A stretch of DNA of 64,000 nt. Source: Candidatus Omnitrophota bacterium. Lineage in GTDB: Bacteria; Omnitrophota; Omnitrophia; Omnitrophales; Aquincolibacteriaceae. Below are positions 54,854 to 63,481 of the stretch, in pieces (within the stretch, counting starts at the first letter, position 1; each line of letters opens with the position of its first letter). A model generated the notes under the pieces. It saw nothing but the letters and a program-made list of their open reading frames with translations, ran no database searches and was not told the origin of the DNA. Location of the stretch: positions 2,593 to 66,592 of the forward strand of contig JBDRCT010000005.1 in the NCBI GenBank assembly GCA_043821445.1, read 5' to 3'. Made by a program: the position numbers and the translations under genes.

Positions 54854-56533
54854 TTAAACATTTTCTTCAAACTTTTTCTTTTCATAGATCGAAATTTCAC
54901 CCCAGGGTGTCTCCAAAGTTTTTAGCTTCTCAAATCGAGAGATATTGGCATCAAAAATATCGAGGATCTTATCGATAAAGCTGCCTTTCGGCTTCACTTT
55001 ACGCCGGATGACATAATCCGCGCCTAGTACCATGTGCTGAAGCTCTTGGTCCGAAAATAATATTTTCCAGTTAGCCTCATCCGGATATAAGCCTATAACA
55101 GCGATGGGAAGATTACCCGTGAGGATCTTGTCCTCCATGGCATTATGAATAACTGTTCCTTGGAAATTGACATCTAAAACTTTTATAAAATCGTTTGTCC
55201 ACTGACGAGAGCACTCCCCTATCAGTTGGCTGATCTCATTATTGATAAATTTCCAACCCCATTCTTCATCCGAATTCCCGCGCTTTTCAAATGTCGACAT
55301 GAGTTCATCCAGGGCCCAATCGCCGTTCCCGGCTTGCAATAACCCTTTAGAAGTCACGTCCCCCAAAAGCTGGGCCACATCTATCCCCCCCATGGGCTTA
55401 GGGTTATACGAGATTAAAAAGTATTGAGATGTGAGAAAAAATAAAAAAACCATTAATAGATATTTGCCTATTTTAAGCCTGGACAGCCATTCCATGCCGA
55501 CAGAAGATATAAGAGCCACGGGGGCCAATAAAGAAACTGCAAGCCGAGAAAGACCTTGCAATGCCAACATGGAAACAAGAATGAGCGTGAACACGAACCA
55601 CATGAGAAGAAAATAGATCTTGGGTCTTTTGTTCTTTTCAAAAAAAGAAATGCCCAGCGCCAGAATAAATAGAGACACAAAAAACCAACCCAGATATTCC
55701 ATCATTAACATCCGCAGAAAATGGGGCGAATTAAAAACGACCGATGAAAGAGCCGGCCATGATGACCATAATTTCTGCCCCCTAAGGTATCCAGAAATCT
55801 TGTCCATGGAATACCACGGAAAGAGAAGGAGGCACGAAAGAACGACCGAGGAAAAGGTATTGATCGCCATCTTTGTTGCTGAGATATGCGCCGGGACCTC
55901 TGCTCGCCTAAAAAAAAGGGCGATGTTCTTGATCGCGTAAAAAAGGACGGGGATTATAATATAAACGACAAACCGGGGCCTTATGAGCTCGCCCAGAGCG
56001 AATGCGAAACCGAAACATAAAGAATATTTAAAATTTTTAAATCCCCCGGACTTGATCAGCAGGTACACACACGCCGTCGAGATCGCCAAGACGGGGACTT
56101 CCAACATATACACTCTCGAAAAACCGACCACCCCGGGATAGAACGAAATAAGGAACGCCGCTAAAAGTCCTGTCCTGCGGTTAAATAAAAGTTTGCCGAG
56201 CCCGAACATGCTGAGGATGAGAATAAGAAAGAACGATTGGTTCGCTAAAATAGCAACGTCCTGGCTCACTCCAAAAAAAGAAAGAAAAGGGATCGCCACA
56301 AGAGCGAGGAGTTCTCCGCCAAGCCCCACACCCAGGATAGGAGTGAGCAGAGAAAGATCTCCGCCTTTGACAATAGCCATCCATGTTTCCTCATACTTAA
56401 AACTCAATTGGTAATAAACGGAGGCATCGCCTACGAAAGGCATCGTATCCCGGAAAATGATCACCATGTTGTTGATGACATGAAATGCAAAAAGTGACAA
56501 CAGGGCTATCCACACGAGAGGGTCTTTTTTCAT
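54854..56533 (-). CDS. GT-C fold (ArnT/PMT-like) glycosyltransferase
   Basis: GDASVYY, LGKLLFNRRTGLLAAFLISFYP, SRVYMLE; multi-TM. Confidence 0.8.
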   Translation of the reverse strand: MKKDPLVWIALLSLFAFHVINNMVIIFRDTMPFVGDASVYYQLSFKYEETWMAIVKGGDLSLLTPILGVGLGGELLALVAIPFLSFFGVSQDVAILANQSFFLILILSMFGLGKLLFNRRTGLLAAFLISFYPGVVGFSRVYMLEVPVLAISTACVYLLIKSGGFKNFKYSLCFGFAFALGELIRPRFVVYIIIPVLFYAIKNIALFFRRAEVPAHISATKMAINTFSSVVLSCLLLFPWYSMDKISGYLRGQKLWSSWPALSSVVFNSPHFLRMLMMEYLGWFFVSLFILALGISFFEKNKRPKIYFLLMWFVFTLILVSMLALQGLSRLAVSLLAPVALISSVGMEWLSRLKIGKYLLMVFLFFLTSQYFLISYNPKPMGGIDVAQLLGDVTSKGLLQAGNGDWALDELMSTFEKRGNSDEEWGWKFINNEISQLIGECSRQWTNDFIKVLDVNFQGTVIHNAMEDKILTGNLPIAVIGLYPDEANWKILFSDQELQHMVLGADYVIRRKVKPKGSFIDKILDIFDANISRFEKLKTLETPWGEISIYEKKKFEENV

Positions 56534-57216
56534 CTTCGCATCAGGAATCTTGCCATATCCCGGAAGAGATTGAACATTTTCTTCAAGTTCAGGAATTGGG
56601 AACGGCCATACCGCCTTGGGAAATGGCTGACCAAGACCTCTTTTAGCTTAACTCCGTTTCTCACGAGCCTGATCACCATTTCTGCCGGAGCAAAACCGCT
56701 GTCGGAGCGGATCCTGATCCGGTCCATCGCTTCTTTTCTGATGAGCCTGAAATCGCAGTTGATGTAAGTGAGGGTTTTACCGAATAAGCCATCCAAACAG
56801 AGCTGATACATCTTGCTCACGAGGACCCTGTAAAAGGCATCCTGACGTTTTAAGATGTAGCCATTGATAAGGTCGTACTCTTCCGCGTAAGGCAACAACC
56901 GAGTCATTTCCTTGATGTCATATTGCCCGTCTCCATCGGTATAGAACACCCATTTCTTGGTCGCGTGCGCAAATCCGCTTTTTAGCACCCCCCCATAATC
57001 TCTGTTTTCTGCGTGCCGGACCCACCGGACCCTTTTGTGGCTCTCCGCAAGTTTCCGGGCTATCTCCCCCGTCTCATCCCAACTGCAGTCATCGATGATG
57101 ATGATCTCGTAATCCAAGCCCAACGGATCCAGGACCGAGATCGCGTCCAGGACCAATGGCTTGATCGTTCTGCCATCGTTATAGGCCGGTAAAAAAACAG
57201 AGATCTCTTTGATCAT
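56530..57216 (-). CDS. GT2 polyprenyl-phosphate glycosyltransferase (ArnC/DPM1-like)
   Basis: SVFLPAYND, IIDDCSWD, YTDGDGQY, PRRYGRS. Confidence 0.88.
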   Translation of the reverse strand: MIKEISVFLPAYNDGRTIKPLVLDAISVLDPLGLDYEIIIIDDCSWDETGEIARKLAESHKRVRWVRHAENRDYGGVLKSGFAHATKKWVFYTDGDGQYDIKEMTRLLPYAEEYDLINGYILKRQDAFYRVLVSKMYQLCLDGLFGKTLTYINCDFRLIRKEAMDRIRIRSDSGFAPAEMVIRLVRNGVKLKEVLVSHFPRRYGRSQFLNLKKMFNLFRDMARFLMRR

Positions 57217-57263
57217 AAGACCGATCGCTTGGCGATCTCGCTCCCCCTAAAAGAGACATCCTA

Positions 57264-58700
57264 TCAGGACAGACCGGACAGGAACCTGAGCCCGTCCCAA
57301 TAGCGTTTAACATCCTCGCTTGTTCTTATTTTCTTCAAATGCTTCAAAAAATATCCGGGCCGGAGATAAAATTTTCTATAGGCCTTCCGGATCATGGCTT
57401 CCACTTCTCCCGCGTTCTTATAACCGGCGGGCACATAGGTGACCGAGGGAAGGTACCGGGTCTCGCACATTTTTTCTGAATAGGCCGGCACGATCACTTT
57501 ACCTTCCCTCAGACATTGCTCGTAGAGAGGAGTCCCCCTGAAGGGATGTGTCGGGATAAAAGCAGCGTAGGTACAATCTAACTCGATCGCGAACCGGATG
57601 GTCTCTTCCGCCTTTTCCGGAGTCTCGCCGGGTAAAGCCAGCATAAACGCCCCGATGACCTCCAATCCCAGGCCATTCGCCAAAGCGGCGGCTCGCCTGC
57701 TCTGTTCCAGCGTAATTCCTTTTTTGATGTTGTTGAGCAGATCCTGGTTGCCCGACTCAAAACCGAAACTAACGCTGACGCAACCTGTTTCCTTGGCCCG
57801 TTTTAAGATCGGCTCATCAATGTGATTGACCCTTGCGCGGAAGGACCAGCTAAGGTTGAGTTTTTCACGGTCCAAGGCGTCGCAAAAATTTGTCAGCCAT
57901 CCCTGATGGGCCGCGAGATCATCATCGTAGAATATGAATTCCTTCATCCCGAATTCCCGGACCAGGCCCTTGATCTCCTCCAGGGTTTTGGCAACACTTT
58001 GTATCCTGGGCTCCCTTTTCAAGATCCCCGACCGGTAGCAAAAGGTGCATTGGGCATAAGCACATCCGCGGGAAACAATGATGTTGGTCGACGGCAACTT
58101 TTTATTCTCAAAAGGCTCCGGGATATAAGCCTCCATGGGATAAAGATGCCGGGCGGGAAACGGCAGAGCCTCCAAATCGATCGGCCTGTCGTCGGGAGGG
58201 GTTTCCAGGATCTGACCTCTTTCGTTACGGTAATAAATGCCCTTCACTTCCGGCCAAGTCCGCCTGGATTCCAAACAGGACATGATGCCGAGTACGGCAT
58301 GCTCGCCTTCGCCCGCCACTAAGACGTCGATCCCGCTGCACTTTTCCATCGTTTCCCTCGGAAAGCAAGTAGGATGGGCACCGCCGACGATCACGGGGAT
58401 ATCTTTAAATCTTTGCTTGAGCCTCCGGATCAAACCGTAAGCGGAGTCTTCCTGGGGAGTCAGAAAAGAAATACCCAAGACATCCGGCCGGTAGGCATCC
58501 ACTTCGCGCAAAATTTCATCGACGGTCAGCTCCAAGACTTGCGCATCGATGATCTTGGCCTGGTGCCCGGCTTGAAGCAGCACTGCAGCAATGTAGCCGA
58601 CCCCCAAAGGAGGCAGGAAGCCGCGCTTGACATGTTTTCTACTGTTGATTCTTCCGGAATGATCCTGTGGGGCCGAGGGGATAATGAAAAGTATCTTCAA
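57264..58700 (-). CDS. B12-binding radical SAM protein
   Basis: PPLGVGYIAA, VGGAHPT, GEGE, SRGCAYAQCTFC, GFESGNQ, LPGET; TTG start. Confidence 0.92.
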   Translation of the reverse strand: MKILFIIPSAPQDHSGRINSRKHVKRGFLPPLGVGYIAAVLLQAGHQAKIIDAQVLELTVDEILREVDAYRPDVLGISFLTPQEDSAYGLIRRLKQRFKDIPVIVGGAHPTCFPRETMEKCSGIDVLVAGEGEHAVLGIMSCLESRRTWPEVKGIYYRNERGQILETPPDDRPIDLEALPFPARHLYPMEAYIPEPFENKKLPSTNIIVSRGCAYAQCTFCYRSGILKREPRIQSVAKTLEEIKGLVREFGMKEFIFYDDDLAAHQGWLTNFCDALDREKLNLSWSFRARVNHIDEPILKRAKETGCVSVSFGFESGNQDLLNNIKKGITLEQSRRAAALANGLGLEVIGAFMLALPGETPEKAEETIRFAIELDCTYAAFIPTHPFRGTPLYEQCLREGKVIVPAYSEKMCETRYLPSVTYVPAGYKNAGEVEAMIRKAYRKFYLRPGYFLKHLKKIRTSEDVKRYWDGLRFLSGLS

Positions 58701-58814
58701 TATGCATGCTTTCTCTGATTGATAAAATTCCGGCGATCAAAGTAAGATTGTCAAGTATGATAGCCGAACTGAATCAATGCGAGAAGGAAAAAAAGAAAAG
58801 GATGGGATATATTC

Positions 58815-59954
58815 TTATGTCTCTTTGAAAGACCGGACCGCTTCGCACACCGTTTGGATAGCGCTTTCCGGCAATTCCGGGAACATGGGAAGACTCAGTA
58901 TTTCCATGCAAGATCTCTCTGTCGCAGTCAATCCGCCGGGAGCGATATTGGGATTCCCCTCATACGCAGGCTGCTGATGCACGGGAACGGGATAATGCAC
59001 GGCCGTATCCACGCCTAAAGTTTTCAAGTGCGCTCTCAGAAGGTCCCTTTTCTCAGACCTTACGACATACTGATGATAAACAGGGATGGAACCCGACACT
59101 TCCACCGGCAGACGCACAGAAGAAACAGCGAGCTGTTTCGAATATTCCGCGGCGATCTTCCTGCGCTTGTCATTCTCCTCGTCCAAGTAACGTAACTTGA
59201 CGCGCAGAATGGCCGCCTGCAATTCATCCAACCGGGAATTCCCGCCCGGGATATGACTGATGCGCTGTTGCTGCCAGCCATACTGCCGCAAGGATCTGAC
59301 TTCCTCCGACAGTGCTGGATCATGAGTGGTCACCATACCGCCATCCCCCAAAGCACCCAGATTTTTCGTAGGATAAAAACTAAAGGCTGCCATATCGCCC
59401 CAGGAGCCGGTCCTGCGGCCTCCCAGCATTGCACCAAGCGATTGAGCGCAATCCTCAATAACCATGAGACCATACTGACGGGCAATTTCAAGGATCGCCG
59501 GCATATCGGCCGGCTGACCGTAAAGATGGACCGGAATGACCGCTTTGGGCCGTCCCTTCGGAGCATGGGCCAACACCGTCGCCAGGTTACCCGGATCCAT
59601 GGTGTATGTGACCGGATCAATATCCACCAATACAGGAGCGGCACCCGTAAGTTCAATGGCCGCCACAGTGGCGACCGCCGTGTGGGAGACCGTAAAAACA
59701 AGATCCCCGGGGCCCACGCCGATAGCACGCAACGCCAGCTCCAAAGCATCGGTACCGTTGCCCACGCCAACGGCATGGGGAACACCCACATAAGAAGCAA
59801 ACTCTTGTTCAAAAGCTTCGACCTCTGGGCCCAAGATGTACGAACCGCTCTCCAAGACGCGATGGATCGCGGCATCGATCTCGGCTTTGTGGGCCAGATA
59901 ATTGGCCTTGGGATCGGCCTGTGGAATAACCCTCGCCGGCGTCTTCGGGTTCAT
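58815..59954 (-). CDS. DegT/DnrJ/EryC1/StrS sugar aminotransferase
   Basis: NGTDAL, PVHLYG, EDCAQ, SFYPTKNLGALGDGG, NSRLDELQAA. Confidence 0.95.
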   Translation of the reverse strand: MNPKTPARVIPQADPKANYLAHKAEIDAAIHRVLESGSYILGPEVEAFEQEFASYVGVPHAVGVGNGTDALELALRAIGVGPGDLVFTVSHTAVATVAAIELTGAAPVLVDIDPVTYTMDPGNLATVLAHAPKGRPKAVIPVHLYGQPADMPAILEIARQYGLMVIEDCAQSLGAMLGGRRTGSWGDMAAFSFYPTKNLGALGDGGMVTTHDPALSEEVRSLRQYGWQQQRISHIPGGNSRLDELQAAILRVKLRYLDEENDKRRKIAAEYSKQLAVSSVRLPVEVSGSIPVYHQYVVRSEKRDLLRAHLKTLGVDTAVHYPVPVHQQPAYEGNPNIAPGGLTATERSCMEILSLPMFPELPESAIQTVCEAVRSFKET

Positions 59955-60958
59955 TGGTAATGATCTCCATGTTCGCGAAAAAAGGCCAAGGTCCGGACCA
60001 ATCCCTCGCGTAACGGTGTTTTTGGTTCCCAGCCTAACTCGGCACGGATGTACCGATCATCTGCATAATAGTTACCGATATCGATGCGTTTACGATCGTC
60101 CGGAAATTCGCGCGTCTCAAAAGTACCCCCGCCATGGACCGCCACCAGGAGATGCGCCAGATCACGCAAATTAATGACTTCACGGCCGCCCAGATTGAAA
60201 ACCTTGCCGTTCGCTTTTTCGCTGGCAGCCGCCACAAGAAAGGCATCCACTGCATCCTCCGCATAGGTAAAATCACGCTGCTGTTCGCCGCCCCACACTT
60301 CAAACGGTTTTCCTTCGAGGACCTTTTTGATCCACAGGCCCAAAAACGTTTGACGCGCATCCTTGATCCTCATATGAGGCCCGTAGGTGTTGGTCAGACG
60401 CAGGGCGCAGGCCCGGATTCCGTACACATTGTTGTAAAGAATGTGGTACTGTTCGCCTGCCGTTTTATGGATGCCGTTGACGTCGACGGGACGCAACAGA
60501 TGTTTTTCATCCACAGGCAAATGATCGGGTTTCCCATAGATCTGGCGCGTACTTGCAAAAACGATTTTGACACCGGCATTGTACTTCCGGCAGGATTCTA
60601 GCATGGAAAGCTGCGCCCGGCAGTTGATTTCCATATCGCGCCCGGGATCCTCCATAGAATCTATGTGGCTCGTCTGCCCGGCCAGGTTAAAAAGATAATC
60701 CTGGCCCTGGATCAAGGAGTGCATGCTGTGCGCGTCGCACACATCGGAGATATTGATCTTCACCTTGTCCTCAAGCCCCTGGATATTGAACAAGTTGCCG
60801 CCGTATTCGGGAGCCAAGTTATCGACGAGCGTCACCCGGGCCCCCAATCCTACCAAGCGACGGGCCAAGTGAGAGCCGATGAACCCCAGCCCTCCGGTGA
60901 TGAGAACTTTTTGGTCGGTAAAATCCATTTTATCTTTCACCAGCGGGATGAGCGTCAC
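59951..60958 (-). CDS. NAD-dependent NDP-sugar epimerase/dehydratase
   Basis: TGGLGFIGSH, LAGQTSH, ASTRQIYG, LTNTYGP; NGIHK replaces the usual YxxxK. Confidence 0.9.
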   Translation of the reverse strand: MTLIPLVKDKMDFTDQKVLITGGLGFIGSHLARRLVGLGARVTLVDNLAPEYGGNLFNIQGLEDKVKINISDVCDAHSMHSLIQGQDYLFNLAGQTSHIDSMEDPGRDMEINCRAQLSMLESCRKYNAGVKIVFASTRQIYGKPDHLPVDEKHLLRPVDVNGIHKTAGEQYHILYNNVYGIRACALRLTNTYGPHMRIKDARQTFLGLWIKKVLEGKPFEVWGGEQQRDFTYAEDAVDAFLVAAASEKANGKVFNLGGREVINLRDLAHLLVAVHGGGTFETREFPDDRKRIDIGNYYADDRYIRAELGWEPKTPLREGLVRTLAFFREHGDHYQ

Positions 60959-60996
60959 TCCTCCGCCGGGTTGCCGTCATTTTATTCCGATCCGGA

Positions 60997-61242
60997 TCAT
61001 GAGGGCTGAGCGGTCCGTTTCCTCGGTGGAAAGAACGTCACCCTGATCCACCCCCAGTTCAGGAAGATATGCCCCGCGGCGAGCGTGATCAGTAACAGGC
61101 CGTTATATTCATGGATTCCAAAAAGAAGGTCCTTGTTCAGTACTTTTACTTCCGAGAAGATCATGAGCGCCGTGACGGCCTGGACAAGAATGGAAAGAGA
61201 GAGGGGCAAATTCACAAAACGCAACATTTCGTTTTTGTTCAT
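60997..61242 (-). CDS. Small membrane protein (DUF4405/cytochrome b-like His pattern)
   Basis: IHEYNG...GHIFLNWGWI; start set at ATG 61242. Confidence 0.65.
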   Translation of the reverse strand: MNKNEMLRFVNLPLSLSILVQAVTALMIFSEVKVLNKDLLFGIHEYNGLLLITLAAGHIFLNWGWIRVTFFPPRKRTAQPS

Positions 61243-61390
61243 AACGATCCTTCCGTTGTGTGTTTCATTCGCGGCCCCGCGTATAAGCCGATCCATCCCA
61301 CGCGGGCGATGTAACGTTGCACGTCTTTAAAATGAGCGCTTCTTAAAAAGGATTCTACAGTGACACTTCCAGGTTGTCCACCCGCAGGAC

Positions 61391-61519
61391 GCCCGATTAT
61401 CATAAATTTTTCAACCGGAAATCGGTGCTGTCCTTGGCGCCCTGGCTCTCATTAAAAAATTAACAGTTAGCCAGGACAGTCCAGGTCGCCCTTTATGAAA
61501 AGAAAACAAAGACCTGGAC
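61391..61519. repeat. Cluster of three GYMC-hairpin modules
   Basis: GCCCGATT..AATCGGTGC (61391-61428, degenerate), GCCCTGGCT..AGCCAGGAC (61439-61477), A, GTCCAGGTC..GACCTGGAC (61479-61519, 41 bp). Confidence 0.8.
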
Positions 61520-61554
61520 GACCATTAAGAAAAAGAAATAAACGACAAGGACGC

Positions 61555-61947
61555 CTACTTTTCCTGTTTGATCTTCTGGCTGATTTCTTTGACCGCCGGA
61601 TGATTGACGGCATTCACGAATTTTGGATTCGCCATGAGGGCCTTGACGTCGAAAGATCTTACCGCCTTCATGACCTCAGGGTCATTGACAAGGGCCTGAA
61701 AATCAGGACTGAAGAGCAGGCCGAAAATTTTTTTCAGGACATCCGGATCGCCCATGATCGCGGGCCGGAGCTTTTGCATCTCGCTTTGGACAGCCGCAGG
61801 ATCGGAAGGGGCGGTCCCTTGGGAGGATAAAACGATCTTGCCACCCGGGGTACTTCCCTCCGTTAATTCGATGCTCTTTCCATAGGCGGTGTCGGCAAGT
61901 GCGGCGGAGATTAAAACAAAAAGCACAAGGAAAAGGATTTTTTTCAT
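61555..61947 (-). CDS. Exported protein with STI1/DP-like helical repeats
   Basis: Signal peptide; MGDP, FSP, VNDP, MANP, VNHP helical repeats. Confidence 0.7.
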   Translation of the reverse strand: MKKILFLVLFVLISAALADTAYGKSIELTEGSTPGGKIVLSSQGTAPSDPAAVQSEMQKLRPAIMGDPDVLKKIFGLLFSPDFQALVNDPEVMKAVRSFDVKALMANPKFVNAVNHPAVKEISQKIKQEK

Positions 61948-62072
61948 TTTATCTCCCATTTCATTCAGGCACCGGGATGGCCCGGTACCACTGCCCCACT
62001 ATCATGACACGGCAGGGATGAAATGGCTAACAAAAGTGCTGGCGCTCCTATTTCGTGGCCTCTAAAAATACG

Positions 62073-62105
62073 AAGGCCGCCGGGGTGATCCCCCGGTGGC
62101 CTTTT
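62073..62105. terminator. Probable intrinsic terminator
   Basis: AAGGCCGCCGGGG / CCCCGGTGGCCTT hairpin flanked by A- and T-rich runs. Confidence 0.7.
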
Positions 62106-62153
62106 GTGTGACTCCATTTCCAGGCTGCCCTTGCAGAAGGCGCCTGCTTTGGG

Positions 62154-62612
62154 TTAAGAGGATTGGATTCTTTTATAAAGCTCCTTGGCTAAATTTTTGT
62201 TTAAACCGCTTAATATTTTGTGTTGTTTTAACGCAGCATCCTTATCGCCTTTCTGGAGATAGAGGTCACCCAAACCGACGTAAGCATTAGGATCCTTGGC
62301 GTTCAAAGAGATGGCCTTGTTGAAAGATTCGATCGCTTTATCGATATTGCCTTTCTGGGCATAGAGGTGACCCAAACCGATAATAGCATTGAGATTCTGC
62401 GCGTCCAGGGAGGCGGCCTTGTTATAAAACTCGATCGCTTTATCGACGTCGCCCTTCTTCACCGCTTCATTACCAGCTATAATACAATCGTTTGAGTCTT
62501 CAATACACCCGTTTGAGCCTGCAGCATAACTGCTTGGATGATTGCAAACAAAAAACGTTGCTTGAACTAAAAACACCAGGCTTACTAATCTAAAAAAGAA
62601 ATCTCTTCTCAT
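62154..62612 (-). CDS. Exported TPR protein (3 repeats)
   Basis: Paralogue of 51732-52697; HPSSYA signal end. Confidence 0.88.
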   Translation of the reverse strand: MRRDFFFRLVSLVFLVQATFFVCNHPSSYAAGSNGCIEDSNDCIIAGNEAVKKGDVDKAIEFYNKAASLDAQNLNAIIGLGHLYAQKGNIDKAIESFNKAISLNAKDPNAYVGLGDLYLQKGDKDAALKQHKILSGLNKNLAKELYKRIQSS

Positions 62613-62731
62613 TTTTGATCTCTCTCATGAGTTATTTGTTACCGAAGCGAAACTGCCTAACGGTTGTTCCCTCACTCAGCGGATGGTTCGACAGCAGGTT
62701 GCCCTCCCTGAGGGCGCCTATTTTGGTACGC

Positions 62732-63304
62732 CTACTGTGGCTTTGGGCTAAAGGCTTGAATTCTTTTATCAAGTTGCTCGGCTAATTTTTTGTCTAAATC
62801 ACTTAATATTTTGTGTTGTTTTAACGCAGCGTCCTTATCGCCTTTCTGGATATAGAGATGACCCAAACTGGAGTGAGCCTGGGGATCCTTGGGATCCAGG
62901 GAGATGGCCTTGTTGAAAGAATCGATCGCTTTATCGATATTGCCTTTCTGGAGATAGAGGTTACCCAAACCGATATAAGCATAGAGACTCTTCGAATTCA
63001 GGGAGATGGCCTTGTTAAAAGACTCGAGCGCTTTATCGGCATCGCCTTTCTGAAAATAGGCATTACCCAAACCGACATAAACACTGAGATTCTTCGGATC
63101 CAGGGAGACGGCCTTGTTAAAAGACTCGAGCGCTTTATCGACGTCATTCTTTTGCATCGCTTCCGCGCCGTCCTTAACACACTGTTCTGCTGTTGCAATA
63201 TTTTCTGCGTCTGTGGCATAACTGCTTGGATGACTACAAATAAAAAACACTGCCAGGGCCAAAAATACCAGGCTCGTTGATCTGAAAAAGGATTGTTTTC
63301 TCAT
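62732..63304 (-). CDS. Exported TPR protein (4 repeats)
   Basis: Paralogue of 51732-52697; start set at ATG 63304. Confidence 0.88.
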   Translation of the reverse strand: MRKQSFFRSTSLVFLALAVFFICSHPSSYATDAENIATAEQCVKDGAEAMQKNDVDKALESFNKAVSLDPKNLSVYVGLGNAYFQKGDADKALESFNKAISLNSKSLYAYIGLGNLYLQKGNIDKAIDSFNKAISLDPKDPQAHSSLGHLYIQKGDKDAALKQHKILSDLDKKLAEQLDKRIQAFSPKPQ

Positions 63305-63481
63305 TTTTAATCCCTCGCCTAAGTTGTTTGTTGCCAAAGCAAAATAATCAGCTTGTTCTTCCCCTTTTCAAGGGACAGCTTTTTGGGATAGTATTAAACT
63401 CTTTCCCTGCTACTGCAAGTACTTTTTCTCCGTCTCATTCCGGCTGCTCCGCCCAGTCGTTGAATGGTACCCGGGGACCGT

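Noticed and set aside
61391-61519. Modules as integron attC sites
   Set aside because: No RYYYAAC/GTTRRRY cores, too short, and no intI gene.
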